Part shown: positions 44,897-53,542 of the stretch, piece after piece
How positions within the stretch are numbered: the stretch's first letter is position 1
Layout of the letters: each line of letters begins with the position of its first letter
Origin: a phage
Sequence record: PQ724392.1
Length of the DNA: 64,000 nucleotides
Direction: 5' to 3' (one strand)
Program-made: the position numbers and the translations under genes
Notes under the pieces: generated by a model
What the model was told of the DNA's origin: nothing
Seen by the model: only the letters and a program-made list of their open reading frames with translations
The model's database searches: none

Positions 44897-46064
44897 GGTC
44901 TTCCATCATATCTAAATCGTTTTCGATATCTGCCGCAGATGGTTTTGCCTTACCTTCAGGGGCAGAGTATTTTTCAACCTTGGAGGCAATAAGCGCATCA
45001 ACTTCGGCGTCAACAACAGCATTGCTATCGATTGCACCCAGCTGGTAATGGCGTTTGATTGCATCACGGAAAGGTTCGTGCTTAAACAATGGGCCCCAGA
45101 ATTCGGTGCAGTTAGTATCTTTTGCACGCCATGATTTTTCTTCGCGGACCATTTCACCGGTCTCAACATCAAGATATTCACGGTTATACCAACCAACTTT
45201 CGGTTTCACCACAAATCCGATTTCCATTGCCATATCAAGCAGGCCAGAATACGGGTCAATACCCCCATCGAATTTTACATCAATGAAGAATTTACTTTTC
45301 TCTTTGACCATACGAGATTTTTCGGCGTTCAGAACAAATTGGAAACCTTCAAGTTCTTTACCAGTTTCTTTAATCTGGCGTTTGCCGATAATGAATACGG
45401 TGTCCGCAGAATACATAACACCTGTACCACCGGTCATAACGGTTTTGCTATACATCTCAATCGTCTCGATTGTATGGTTAACCGCGACACAAGGAATATC
45501 CTTGATACTAAAATATGGGGTAACAATACGGAACAGAGATTTCAGGGATTTAGCACGAGTCATATCGCCAACGACTTTTTCGTTCATCGCATCTTCTGTT
45601 TCTTTTTTCGACGCCATGTTACCGATTGAGTCAATAAAGATAATGACTTTTTCACCGCGCTCAATTGCTTCAAGCTGGTTAACCATATCAACTTTCAATT
45701 GTTCAACCGACTGGATTGGTGTGTGGATAACACGCTCCGGGTCTACTTTCATTGCACGCAGATAGGCTTCTGTGATACCAAATTCTGAATCATAGAACAA
45801 ACAGATTGCTTCGGGGTATTTGTTCATATATGCAGAGACCATCGTTAAACCCATATTGGATTTAAAGTGTTTTGACGGACCAGCAAAAATAGTCAAACCT
45901 GACTGCATACCACCATCTAGTGCACCGCTGATTGCAATGTTCAGCATCGGGATTTTTGTACGAACTACATCTTTATCATTAAAAAACTTGGACTTAGTAA
46001 GAGTCGCAGTCATTTTGGATGTAGAAGCTTTAATCAAACGGGATTTCAAATCTGCAATAGACAT
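44886..46064 (-). CDS. uvsX: recombinase UvsX (RecA/Rad51 family)
   Basis: 392-aa ORF; Walker A-like GPSKHFKS, Walker B IIFIDSIG; N-terminal ADLKSRLIKAST; length as T4 UvsX. Confidence 0.9.
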   Translation of the reverse strand: MSIADLKSRLIKASTSKMTATLTKSKFFNDKDVVRTKIPMLNIAISGALDGGMQSGLTIFAGPSKHFKSNMGLTMVSAYMNKYPEAICLFYDSEFGITEAYLRAMKVDPERVIHTPIQSVEQLKVDMVNQLEAIERGEKVIIFIDSIGNMASKKETEDAMNEKVVGDMTRAKSLKSLFRIVTPYFSIKDIPCVAVNHTIETIEMYSKTVMTGGTGVMYSADTVFIIGKRQIKETGKELEGFQFVLNAEKSRMVKEKSKFFIDVKFDGGIDPYSGLLDMAMEIGFVVKPKVGWYNREYLDVETGEMVREEKSWRAKDTNCTEFWGPLFKHEPFRDAIKRHYQLGAIDSNAVVDAEVDALIASKVEKYSAPEGKAKPSAADIENDLDMMEDLDE

Positions 46065-46406
46065 TCATTTTTTCCATAGGCACCATTATATTTTTCTCAC
46101 AGGTTTAAGATAGGATAATTATATCACTGTATTTTTAGAGCAATTAACGATTGAATCCACGATTAATTGCACGTTCAACAATCTTCCGGGTCTGACGTTT
46201 GTCCCACCAGTACATAAAACCAATACCAAATGCAGACAACAACCACAGACTAATCAATAGCATACCAATCATAATATTTTTCTCGCAGTTCAGAGTAATT
46301 TAGTAAACGTTTCCACGTTTCCAGTTTTCTTCAGCCAAATGCTTATTACGCTTTTCTAATAGCAGCAAACCAATTACTGTTCCAACAATCAGAAGTAATA
46401 ATAGCA

Positions 46407-46910
46407 TCAGTTAATACCTTGGCGTGCTTTCTCTTTAGCTACACATTTATTAATATAGCTCAGACGGTTTTGAGCAGAACGCTGATACATATCGCGATAC
46501 TCATTGGCTTTTGGAGAACCCGTCTCCGCTGCCTGATAAGCTTCTGCACGCATGATGTTTATCTGCATATTGATATATGACATGCAGACCTGTGAAATCT
46601 GGTTAACAGTATCCAGGTCATTTTGGCGCTTGGTTTCTGCTTCCAGTTTAGCAATGATTTCGTCATGCTTCGCAGCTTGTTCGCGTTTGTACTCAATTTC
46701 ACGTTGAGCATATTTCGCGCAGTTATTTCCACATTGATTGTTGTCGCGTTTGTAGATAAGTCCAGTACCACCTTTGAAATCAAAGGAACCATTATGCACC
46801 TGACGGTCTGCAGCAATTCGCGCTTTACCAATCTCATTGGCATTAACAACATCACCCTGGTAAGCACAACCAGATAGCAGCATAACAGCTGCGATAGCTA
46901 ACTTTTTCAT
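46407..46910 (-). CDS. putative lipoprotein with coiled-coil region
   Basis: 167 aa from ATG with GAGGAAAA SD; MKKLAIAAVMLLSGC = signal peptide plus lipobox; lies where T4 has beta-gt/42. Confidence 0.5.
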   Translation of the reverse strand: MKKLAIAAVMLLSGCAYQGDVVNANEIGKARIAADRQVHNGSFDFKGGTGLIYKRDNNQCGNNCAKYAQREIEYKREQAAKHDEIIAKLEAETKRQNDLDTVNQISQVCMSYINMQINIMRAEAYQAAETGSPKANEYRDMYQRSAQNRLSYINKCVAKEKARQGIN

Positions 46911-47060
46911 TGTATTTTCCTCAATTAAAACATTCATAACGGGCTTGGAGTCCCAAAAATATCCAACCCAAAATTAAAGTTGGAATCATATGCGGAGTCA
47001 TTATTGCCCAATAGATTGACATACTAAAAAATGCAATCAGTACAATAATTGTAATTATCT

Positions 47061-47303
47061 TCATTTGGTTTCCTTGATGATAATTAACTGTGCGTTTGAT
47101 TTACGTTCAGCAACGAGTGCCCAAATAAACGCAATAAACCACCCAACCATTGTCCAACCTAACAGAAGGTTAACAAAGAAGATTCCGCAATTACTTTTGG
47201 TTCCACGCAGTAGCGCGATAATCCACGGTAGAAAATAGGTCAGTGCAGCCAGGAAGAAAGAACCAGCACCAAGAACAACAGTACCTGCAATTAATGTTTC
47301 CAT
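47061..47303 (-). CDS. imm: superinfection immunity protein Imm-like
   Basis: 80-aa two-TM protein; YFLPWIIALLRG....FFVNLLLGWTMVGWFIAFIWALV resembles the Imm-family motif as recalled; adjacent to gene 43 as in T4. Confidence 0.6.
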   Translation of the reverse strand: METLIAGTVVLGAGSFFLAALTYFLPWIIALLRGTKSNCGIFFVNLLLGWTMVGWFIAFIWALVAERKSNAQLIIIKETK

Positions 47304-47343
47304 TTTAATATCCTTAAGTTAATCATCAGTAATTGATGGAGTA

Positions 47344-47372
47344 ATCATACGGCAATCCTTTGCCGTTGTAAA
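47344..47372 (-). promoter_or_regulatory. early-type promoter upstream of imm
   Basis: minus strand GTTTACA - 17 nt - TATGAT; overlaps a hairpin (ACGGCA/TGCCGT) after the gene 43 stop. Confidence 0.45.
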
Positions 47373-47375
47373 CAC

Positions 47376-50090
47376 TTAAAAGTCAAACATATCAAAAAGA
47401 GATGCTTTTTTCTCGTAATCAACCTTAGCTGCTTCAGAGAACCCTGTCAATGGCTTAACAAAAGTCTTCTGGAACAGCGTGTTGTAGTCCATCCACTGCA
47501 AGACTTGGTCACGAATTTCAATCGGGAGTTCAATCCCTGATGGCCATGCAATCACGGTTTCGCCAAACGGGTTACCAACTTTAAGAGGAAGCACATACAC
47601 CTTTTCCCCTTCCATGATTTGTGGAACAGTCTTCAGCCCTTTAGTTGCACGCATATATGCAAGCACACCTTTGATATGAGCCGGGCACTTAAATCCAGGG
47701 AAACCGCCCTCATTATATTTCTGGATGTTGTTAACCGATGATACACCCGCGATGGTCATGTAGTTAAGCTCATTAAATTCCTTATTGAATTCCTTGAAGT
47801 ATGTCTGCAGAGATTCTTCACCTTCTTGCAGCATACGGCGGATACATTCTTTCAGAGCTTTCTGACATGCTTTTGGTGTACTCGACTTTTGAGTTTCCAG
47901 GCCCATGATTTTCAGTTTCGGAACAGCATATCGTGTGCCTTCCATATCGTACACGTTCAGAGCATAACGCTTCTTCGCCGTCCAGAATCCACCAACACCT
48001 TTAGAACCAAGTGGAGGACATGCAATCGCTTCACGGTCCATAAACATAAGGTGCTGTTTGTTGTTCATGTATTCAGCCAGCTCACGGAAAGCTTTATCGA
48101 TTGCTGGTTCCAGACGGTCTTTCGCGAACTTGTCCATGAAGTCAACCAGGTGGTTTGTATCGCGGAATTTAGATTCACCACCAACCTTTTTAATCAGGTT
48201 ATCGCACTGGATATAAATGGAGTCAGTATCACCATAGAATACATATGTTTCACCACTTGTACCGCAAACACTATCAAAATATTCGTTAACTTTACGCTCA
48301 ATCCACTGCAATGCAAGTTGTCCGAAAGATGTAATCGCGGTTGCATTTCGCAGGTCAAAGTAACGGAACCAGATATTACCCAGAGCGCCATAACAACTGT
48401 TGATAAGCAGTTTACGGTTAATCTGTGCGGTCATGCCTGCAACTTCTTCCATTTGTGCTTTGTACAACATACCATTCAGAACTGTTTGATTCAGACCATG
48501 CAAGGTTGTTTTCATATTGTCATCAAAGTCATAACGATAATCAACTTCAGGCTCGGTTGTACCAGTTCCTGGATTACGCAGGGCTTCCTTAATCAGTTCA
48601 CCATTACGTTGAGCCGCAAGCATATAACCTTTATGCTCTTTACGCTGATTAAACACCTTGGTGACTTCTGTCGGAATAATACCCGCAACATCTTTAAAAT
48701 ACATCATACCGTTTGGAGCACAACTAAATGTATCAGATGGACGGTCAGCAGTTCCTGCAATGTATTCATACATCGGCGCTGGTGTAAATGACCCGGCAAT
48801 CGTTTCTGGACTAATGTTAATCTGTCGGATGATGCTCGGATACAGAGATGTTAAATCACAGCTCATAACATATTTGTATGCGTTCGGAATCGGTTCCTTA
48901 ACAAATGCACCCGGGAACGATTGACGAACATGCGATTTGGTTTCCGGAATGACTTTATTTTGAGTCTTCAGGCTGTTAAAGATAATCGCATCCCAAGTTT
49001 TGATTGGGCTGAATACAGACTGAATCTGCATTTTTGCGTAATAACCCATTGACTGGCTAAGGTTAATAAACTGACGCTTACGGTCAATCTGTACAACACG
49101 ATAAACATCGATGATGTTATAAGAAATATACCGTTGGTGATTTGATTCGCGCAGTTTAGAAATCGGGCCATCATACGGGAGTTTACCAACACCCAGCTCA
49201 GATTCCGCAACATAATCCAACGAATAAGATGGCTGGTTTGTGAAGCTGAACTTTTTATACAGGTCCAGATAATCCAGAACAGAGATACCCAGAATCTGAA
49301 TGATTTCTTGTTCTTCACCGAATCCGTTGTTAATGACCTTAACTTTTGTACGACGATGTGGACTCAGACGTTTTGCCGTAGCTTCACCAAACACATTTTT
49401 AAGGCGGTTGTAGATATATGGAATATCAAACTTCTCGATGTTCCAACCAGTTAACATAACCGGAGTTTTCTCGTTCCAGAATACCAAATACTGCTGGAGC
49501 ATTTCTTCTTCTGAATCGAAAGCCATATAAACAATTTTTTCCAGGATTTCTTCAGGGACTTCATCGCCGCCATCTTCTTGCAGCTTAGCAGCAATATCAA
49601 TAGACCATTGCTCCACAGTGGCGTATGGTGAGCTCAAAAGGTCAAAGACATAGAATTTATCGTCTACCGAATCATAGTGCGTCAGGGCATCAATAGGGTG
49701 ACGTGCTTCAGACGGCTCAGGGAACCCATCAGGAGATGTCACCTCGATATCGAAGTTAGCCACACGGATTTTACTTGAATCGTATTTGATTTCGTGCGGG
49801 TAACGGTCGGACAAGTATGCGAGTTTAAAGTCATCCATACCCATAGCTTCGAGACCCATTTCATTCATTCGCTTCATCCACTGGGATGCATCACGCATGG
49901 AATCGAATTCTTTTTTCACACAACCTTTATTATAGATGTCTGTATACTTTGCGGCCTGGTCTTCGCGGGCGTGCATAAACAAGCATGGAGCATAAGGGAT
50001 TTCACGAACACGTTCATGACCGTTCTTGTCAATGTATCGTTCGAGCAGATTGTCACCGATTTGTTCGATAGTTAAATAAAATTCTTGCAT
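47376..50090 (-). CDS. 43: DNA polymerase gp43 (family B)
   Basis: 904-aa ORF; exonuclease motifs (FDIEV), polymerase motifs (SLYPSII, KLLINSCYGALG, YGDTDS); length as T4 gp43. Confidence 0.95.
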   Translation of the reverse strand: MQEFYLTIEQIGDNLLERYIDKNGHERVREIPYAPCLFMHAREDQAAKYTDIYNKGCVKKEFDSMRDASQWMKRMNEMGLEAMGMDDFKLAYLSDRYPHEIKYDSSKIRVANFDIEVTSPDGFPEPSEARHPIDALTHYDSVDDKFYVFDLLSSPYATVEQWSIDIAAKLQEDGGDEVPEEILEKIVYMAFDSEEEMLQQYLVFWNEKTPVMLTGWNIEKFDIPYIYNRLKNVFGEATAKRLSPHRRTKVKVINNGFGEEQEIIQILGISVLDYLDLYKKFSFTNQPSYSLDYVAESELGVGKLPYDGPISKLRESNHQRYISYNIIDVYRVVQIDRKRQFINLSQSMGYYAKMQIQSVFSPIKTWDAIIFNSLKTQNKVIPETKSHVRQSFPGAFVKEPIPNAYKYVMSCDLTSLYPSIIRQINISPETIAGSFTPAPMYEYIAGTADRPSDTFSCAPNGMMYFKDVAGIIPTEVTKVFNQRKEHKGYMLAAQRNGELIKEALRNPGTGTTEPEVDYRYDFDDNMKTTLHGLNQTVLNGMLYKAQMEEVAGMTAQINRKLLINSCYGALGNIWFRYFDLRNATAITSFGQLALQWIERKVNEYFDSVCGTSGETYVFYGDTDSIYIQCDNLIKKVGGESKFRDTNHLVDFMDKFAKDRLEPAIDKAFRELAEYMNNKQHLMFMDREAIACPPLGSKGVGGFWTAKKRYALNVYDMEGTRYAVPKLKIMGLETQKSSTPKACQKALKECIRRMLQEGEESLQTYFKEFNKEFNELNYMTIAGVSSVNNIQKYNEGGFPGFKCPAHIKGVLAYMRATKGLKTVPQIMEGEKVYVLPLKVGNPFGETVIAWPSGIELPIEIRDQVLQWMDYNTLFQKTFVKPLTGFSEAAKVDYEKKASLFDMFDF

Positions 50091-50150
50091 TTGGTTTCCT
50101 TTATAGTCGAGTGATTGACTTTTGTTTTATGACTTGACGCTATTATACTA

Positions 50151-50172
50151 CAAAAGGGACCGAAGTCCCTTT
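50151..50172 (-). terminator. rho-independent terminator after regA
   Basis: minus strand GGGAC-TTCG-GTCCC followed by TTTTG; TATAAT follows. Confidence 0.6.
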
Positions 50173-50180
50173 GCTTTAAA

Positions 50181-50549
50181 TTAATTACCAATTGTATATT
50201 TGGCCACGAGCTTCCAGTCGTCTTTTTGTTTAAAGGAGATAACACGGAAGTTGTTTGTTACTGCGAACAATTCATTATGCTCTTCTTCTTTGATAGTAAT
50301 TAAGCCCCAGTCTTCGAGCAGTTGAGCGATGGAATCACGGCGCTGATAGTCTTCACCATCAATATCCACCTGGCGGCCATCCATGCGCAGCATTTCTTTG
50401 AAGTGAACAATATAGTAACGGCCTTGCTTTTGGAGGATGTGGCAGCTCTGGTACAGTACACGGTCTTTATTATTTGCGATGCCCATACGGGTCAGAGTTT
50501 CTTTAACTTTCAGGAAGTCTTCAGGTTGCTTTAATGTAATTTCAATCAT
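50181..50549 (-). CDS. regA: translational repressor RegA
   Basis: 122-aa ORF; MIEITLK.PEDFLKVKETLTRMGIANNKD.VLYQSCHILQK.G.YYIVHFKEMLRMDGRQV match recalled T4 RegA. Confidence 0.9.
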   Translation of the reverse strand: MIEITLKQPEDFLKVKETLTRMGIANNKDRVLYQSCHILQKQGRYYIVHFKEMLRMDGRQVDIDGEDYQRRDSIAQLLEDWGLITIKEEEHNELFAVTNNFRVISFKQKDDWKLVAKYTIGN

Positions 50550-50550
50550 T

Positions 50551-51129
50551 TTACCATTCCAATATTTGTTTTTTAATTTCTTTTTGTTCTTTCACATTAC
50601 TGGTAACGGTCTTTAAGAATTCATCCGTTACCAGACCTTTTGTCTTTTTCAAAACATCTTTAAGACTACCTTTGACTTTCAATGTTTCCATATACATCAA
50701 AGCATCATCTGCATTAATTGTATAATATTTCATTAAAAGCTTTAACACAAGCTGGACGTTGACCGTATCTGGCTCAGCCTTCGCCCATTTACCATAACGC
50801 TTGCCTTGCGGAACCGCATGCAGCAAATAATTATAATGCTGTTGGTCTGTTAACCCGGAACCAATTAAGTTCATCACGTTCACCTGCATAATGCAATCGA
50901 CATGTTGGCTCAATGCGTTTTCCAACCAGAATTTATTGTAGTTTTCCGATTGAATCAGGTTCCGTGGTTTTTTACTAACGGTTATGTCATTAAGAATCGC
51001 GAACAATTCATTTTCTGCTTTCTCTTTGTATGAATCGGACAATTCCTGAATTTTGTTAAAGTCGCGTGATTTCCACACAACCTCATGTTCGTTTAATTGA
51101 ACGTCATCATCAAAGAGACTTACAGCCAT
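50551..51129 (-). CDS. 62: clamp loader small subunit gp62
   Basis: 192-aa ORF between regA and 44, overlapping the gene 44 stop; size as T4 gp62. Confidence 0.85.
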   Translation of the reverse strand: MAVSLFDDDVQLNEHEVVWKSRDFNKIQELSDSYKEKAENELFAILNDITVSKKPRNLIQSENYNKFWLENALSQHVDCIMQVNVMNLIGSGLTDQQHYNYLLHAVPQGKRYGKWAKAEPDTVNVQLVLKLLMKYYTINADDALMYMETLKVKGSLKDVLKKTKGLVTDEFLKTVTSNVKEQKEIKKQILEW

Positions 51130-52079
51130 TTCATTTCCCCAGCCAGTTGAGCAAACAGATAAGTCAAGTGAACTTCGGTATTGGCTGCAATGCCATGGTA
51201 CTGATTATTCTCACCCACAATCTCATACATACGGATGATGCTTGCACCAGTCAGTTTGCCATACATTTCATCAGCCAGCTTTGCAATGAAGCTTGAATAA
51301 TCATTTGCATGCTTAGGAGCCAGCCCACGGAGAACTTTAAAGTTACGGTCCTTAAGGGCATCAATCACATCATCAATTGGTGTGCGATTGTTTGTCACGA
51401 TGCTCAGAATACCGGAATCAATAACACCCTTTGCAGAGTAACGGTCAAGCTCATTAATTGTCTTACGCAGGTCCGGGAAGTTATGCTTAACCAGAGCAGC
51501 AACAACTTTCAGGTCTTCGATTTCAACGCCTTCGTTTTTACATATCGCGACTGCACGATGAATCATTTCTTTCATCATAGTGGTCTGGTCAGCTGGAGTT
51601 GCTTCACCAAACTTAATTACGCGACAACGAGACTGCAGCGGAGTGATGATGCCATCGATATTGTTCGCGGTCATAATGATTGAACAGTTGCTCGAATAAG
51701 CTTCCATAAAGCTACGAAGGTGTCGTTGTGATTCAGCCAGACCCGCGCGGTCGAACTCATCGATAACAATTACCTTGCGGCGACCTTCGATTGATTTAGA
51801 TGATGCAAAGCGAGTCAATTCATTACGCACAAAGTCAATTCGGCAATCGGAGCCGTTAACAAACAGCATATCAGAATTCGTATCTGCGCACATAGCTTTT
51901 GCAACTGTTGTCTTACCAGTACCAGGGGAACTACTGACCAGAATCAAGTTAGGAATTAAACCTTTTTTAACAATCGCCTCTAATGTTTCTTTATCATGAG
52001 CCGGGAGAATACACTCTGATAATGTACCTGGGCGGTATTTTTGTTCCCACATGAATTCTTTGTCATTAACCGTTAACAT
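51120..52079 (-). CDS. 44: clamp loader large subunit gp44 (AAA+)
   Basis: 319-aa ORF; Walker A SPGTGKTT, Walker B VIVIDEFD, SRC motif (QSRCRV). Confidence 0.9.
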   Translation of the reverse strand: MLTVNDKEFMWEQKYRPGTLSECILPAHDKETLEAIVKKGLIPNLILVSSSPGTGKTTVAKAMCADTNSDMLFVNGSDCRIDFVRNELTRFASSKSIEGRRKVIVIDEFDRAGLAESQRHLRSFMEAYSSNCSIIMTANNIDGIITPLQSRCRVIKFGEATPADQTTMMKEMIHRAVAICKNEGVEIEDLKVVAALVKHNFPDLRKTINELDRYSAKGVIDSGILSIVTNNRTPIDDVIDALKDRNFKVLRGLAPKHANDYSSFIAKLADEMYGKLTGASIIRMYEIVGENNQYHGIAANTEVHLTYLFAQLAGEMKWL

Positions 52080-52114
52080 ATATTTTCCTCATATTAGTTT
52101 CTACTTTGTACTCC

Positions 52115-52132
52115 ATGGGGCCGAAGCCCCAT
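52115..52132 (-). promoter_or_regulatory. tetraloop hairpin in the 45-44 intergenic region
   Basis: ATGGGGC-CGAA-GCCCCAT; no U-tract; possible RNA processing/stability or translational-operator context. Confidence 0.4.
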
Positions 52133-52135
52133 TTA

Positions 52136-52831
52136 TTAATCTTGGAATTCGTGGCTAGAGCCTTGTTCCATTGCAATCACATAGCTTGCTTGTGTGCCTT
52201 CAAACTTCGTAGCAAATTTATCATCTTTCGCCCAAAGCATAACACGGTAATCAGCCGGAATCATTTTCATGTTCAGTTTGTTAATGATAAATTTAAACGC
52301 TGCATCGCCTTCGTAATCACCACACACTAGGGAATACAATGGACGCGCTAACTCTTTATCTTCGAGCTGATTATAACCATGGATAACAATCTTACCGTCT
52401 TTGTTGGTGATTGCAAAAGTATCCAGAGACAAACCACCAGCCACACGCAGAAGCTGTTGCAGGTCACTACCTTTCAGGTCGAAAATAACCTTAGCTACCG
52501 GGAAAGGAATCTTCTTAGCAGGGAACACGATAGTGCTCGGGTCTGCTGCAGGCCAGTGAATCGTTGAACGTTGGTCTTTGATAATGATGTTTGATGCGTC
52601 TTCAGCCAGAGATACTTCAGCTTGGTCAGTTACCAGGCCCAGGATACTTAAGAAGCCGTTCAGGTCATAAATTGCAGCTTCAAAGTCAATTGTATCATTG
52701 ATTTCGGCTTCGCCATATGACGCTCCAGTTACGGAACGAGTCAGGATGGTATTACCTGGCTTAAGCATAATGCCAGAGTAAATGGAAGTGAAGTTTTTCA
52801 GAACTGCGATAGTGTCTTTAGAGAATTTCAT
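52136..52831 (-). CDS. 45: sliding clamp gp45
   Basis: 231-aa ORF; MKFSKDT.A.LKNF..I.SGIMLK, STI.WPAADPST, DLQQLLRV..GL..DT.AIT match recalled T4 gp45. Confidence 0.9.
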   Translation of the reverse strand: MKFSKDTIAVLKNFTSIYSGIMLKPGNTILTRSVTGASYGEAEINDTIDFEAAIYDLNGFLSILGLVTDQAEVSLAEDASNIIIKDQRSTIHWPAADPSTIVFPAKKIPFPVAKVIFDLKGSDLQQLLRVAGGLSLDTFAITNKDGKIVIHGYNQLEDKELARPLYSLVCGDYEGDAAFKFIINKLNMKMIPADYRVMLWAKDDKFATKFEGTQASYVIAMEQGSSHEFQD

Positions 52832-52858
52832 TTAATTACCTTTTATTCAAATCAAAAA

Positions 52859-53290
52859 TTAAGCAACAACTGCCATTTGTTTGCGGATAGCTTCCGGAAG
52901 AGATTCAATATACTCTGGAAGTTGTGCAGCAATAATAGAACCAGCTTGCACCAGATGGTCATCAGAGTTAACGCAATAATCATCTTCAAGACGTTCGGAA
53001 CCGTCACGGTCGATAACCAGTTTAGCACCAGCAGCCAGTGAATCGTTATAGTGATTACGCATCAGTTCAATCCACTTATCAGATACATCAGTATCAATCA
53101 CACCATACAGCATGAATTTAATTTCTTGCGGCAGAGACTGCAGACGGGTAGCAGATGCTTCATCACAGGCCAGAACCCAGGATTTACGAACACGGTTTTG
53201 GTTATGCGGGTTAGCGTCGGTGCGGATGGTTTTAACTTGGATATCTTTAGCAGTTACGTTGTTCATAATATTCTCTCTATTCATTATCAA
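52859..53290 (-). CDS. hypothetical protein at the rpbA position
   Basis: 143-aa ORF between 45 and 46; assignment by synteny only. Confidence 0.45.
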   Translation of the reverse strand: MIMNRENIMNNVTAKDIQVKTIRTDANPHNQNRVRKSWVLACDEASATRLQSLPQEIKFMLYGVIDTDVSDKWIELMRNHYNDSLAAGAKLVIDRDGSERLEDDYCVNSDDHLVQAGSIIAAQLPEYIESLPEAIRKQMAVVA

Positions 53291-53542
53291 TTAATCAAAG
53301 TATTCATATGCGAACCAGGCATTGTGTCTGTTCGCGATTATTTTAACATATTCTTCACCGAAAGCGTTTTGCAAGTCACGTTCAGTGACAAGGTGTTCAT
53401 CTTTCGAAAAGGTATTAACTAACACATACCGTTTAATTTCAGGGACAGCCAGTAAATGCTGCCCGGTTAAGAAGTCAGCCATAATAGCCTCTATTATAAC
53501 ATCCTTGTTTAAAGCATTATTCCATAACAGTGAATCGACCAA
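53291..53542 (-). CDS. hypothetical protein
   Basis: 83-aa ORF overlapping the gene 46 3' end. Confidence 0.4.
   Translation of the reverse strand: MVDSLLWNNALNKDVIIEAIMADFLTGQHLLAVPEIKRYVLVNTFSKDEHLVTERDLQNAFGEEYVKIIANRHNAWFAYEYFD

Noticed and set aside
45055-45765. 236-aa plus-strand ORF
   Set aside because: Antisense to uvsX; shadow ORF.
47826-48791. 321-aa plus-strand ORF
   Set aside because: Antisense to DNA polymerase gene 43; shadow ORF.
47376-50090. Intein or intron inside DNA polymerase gene 43
   Set aside because: ORF length (904 aa) matches uninterrupted T4 gp43 and the polymerase motifs are contiguous.
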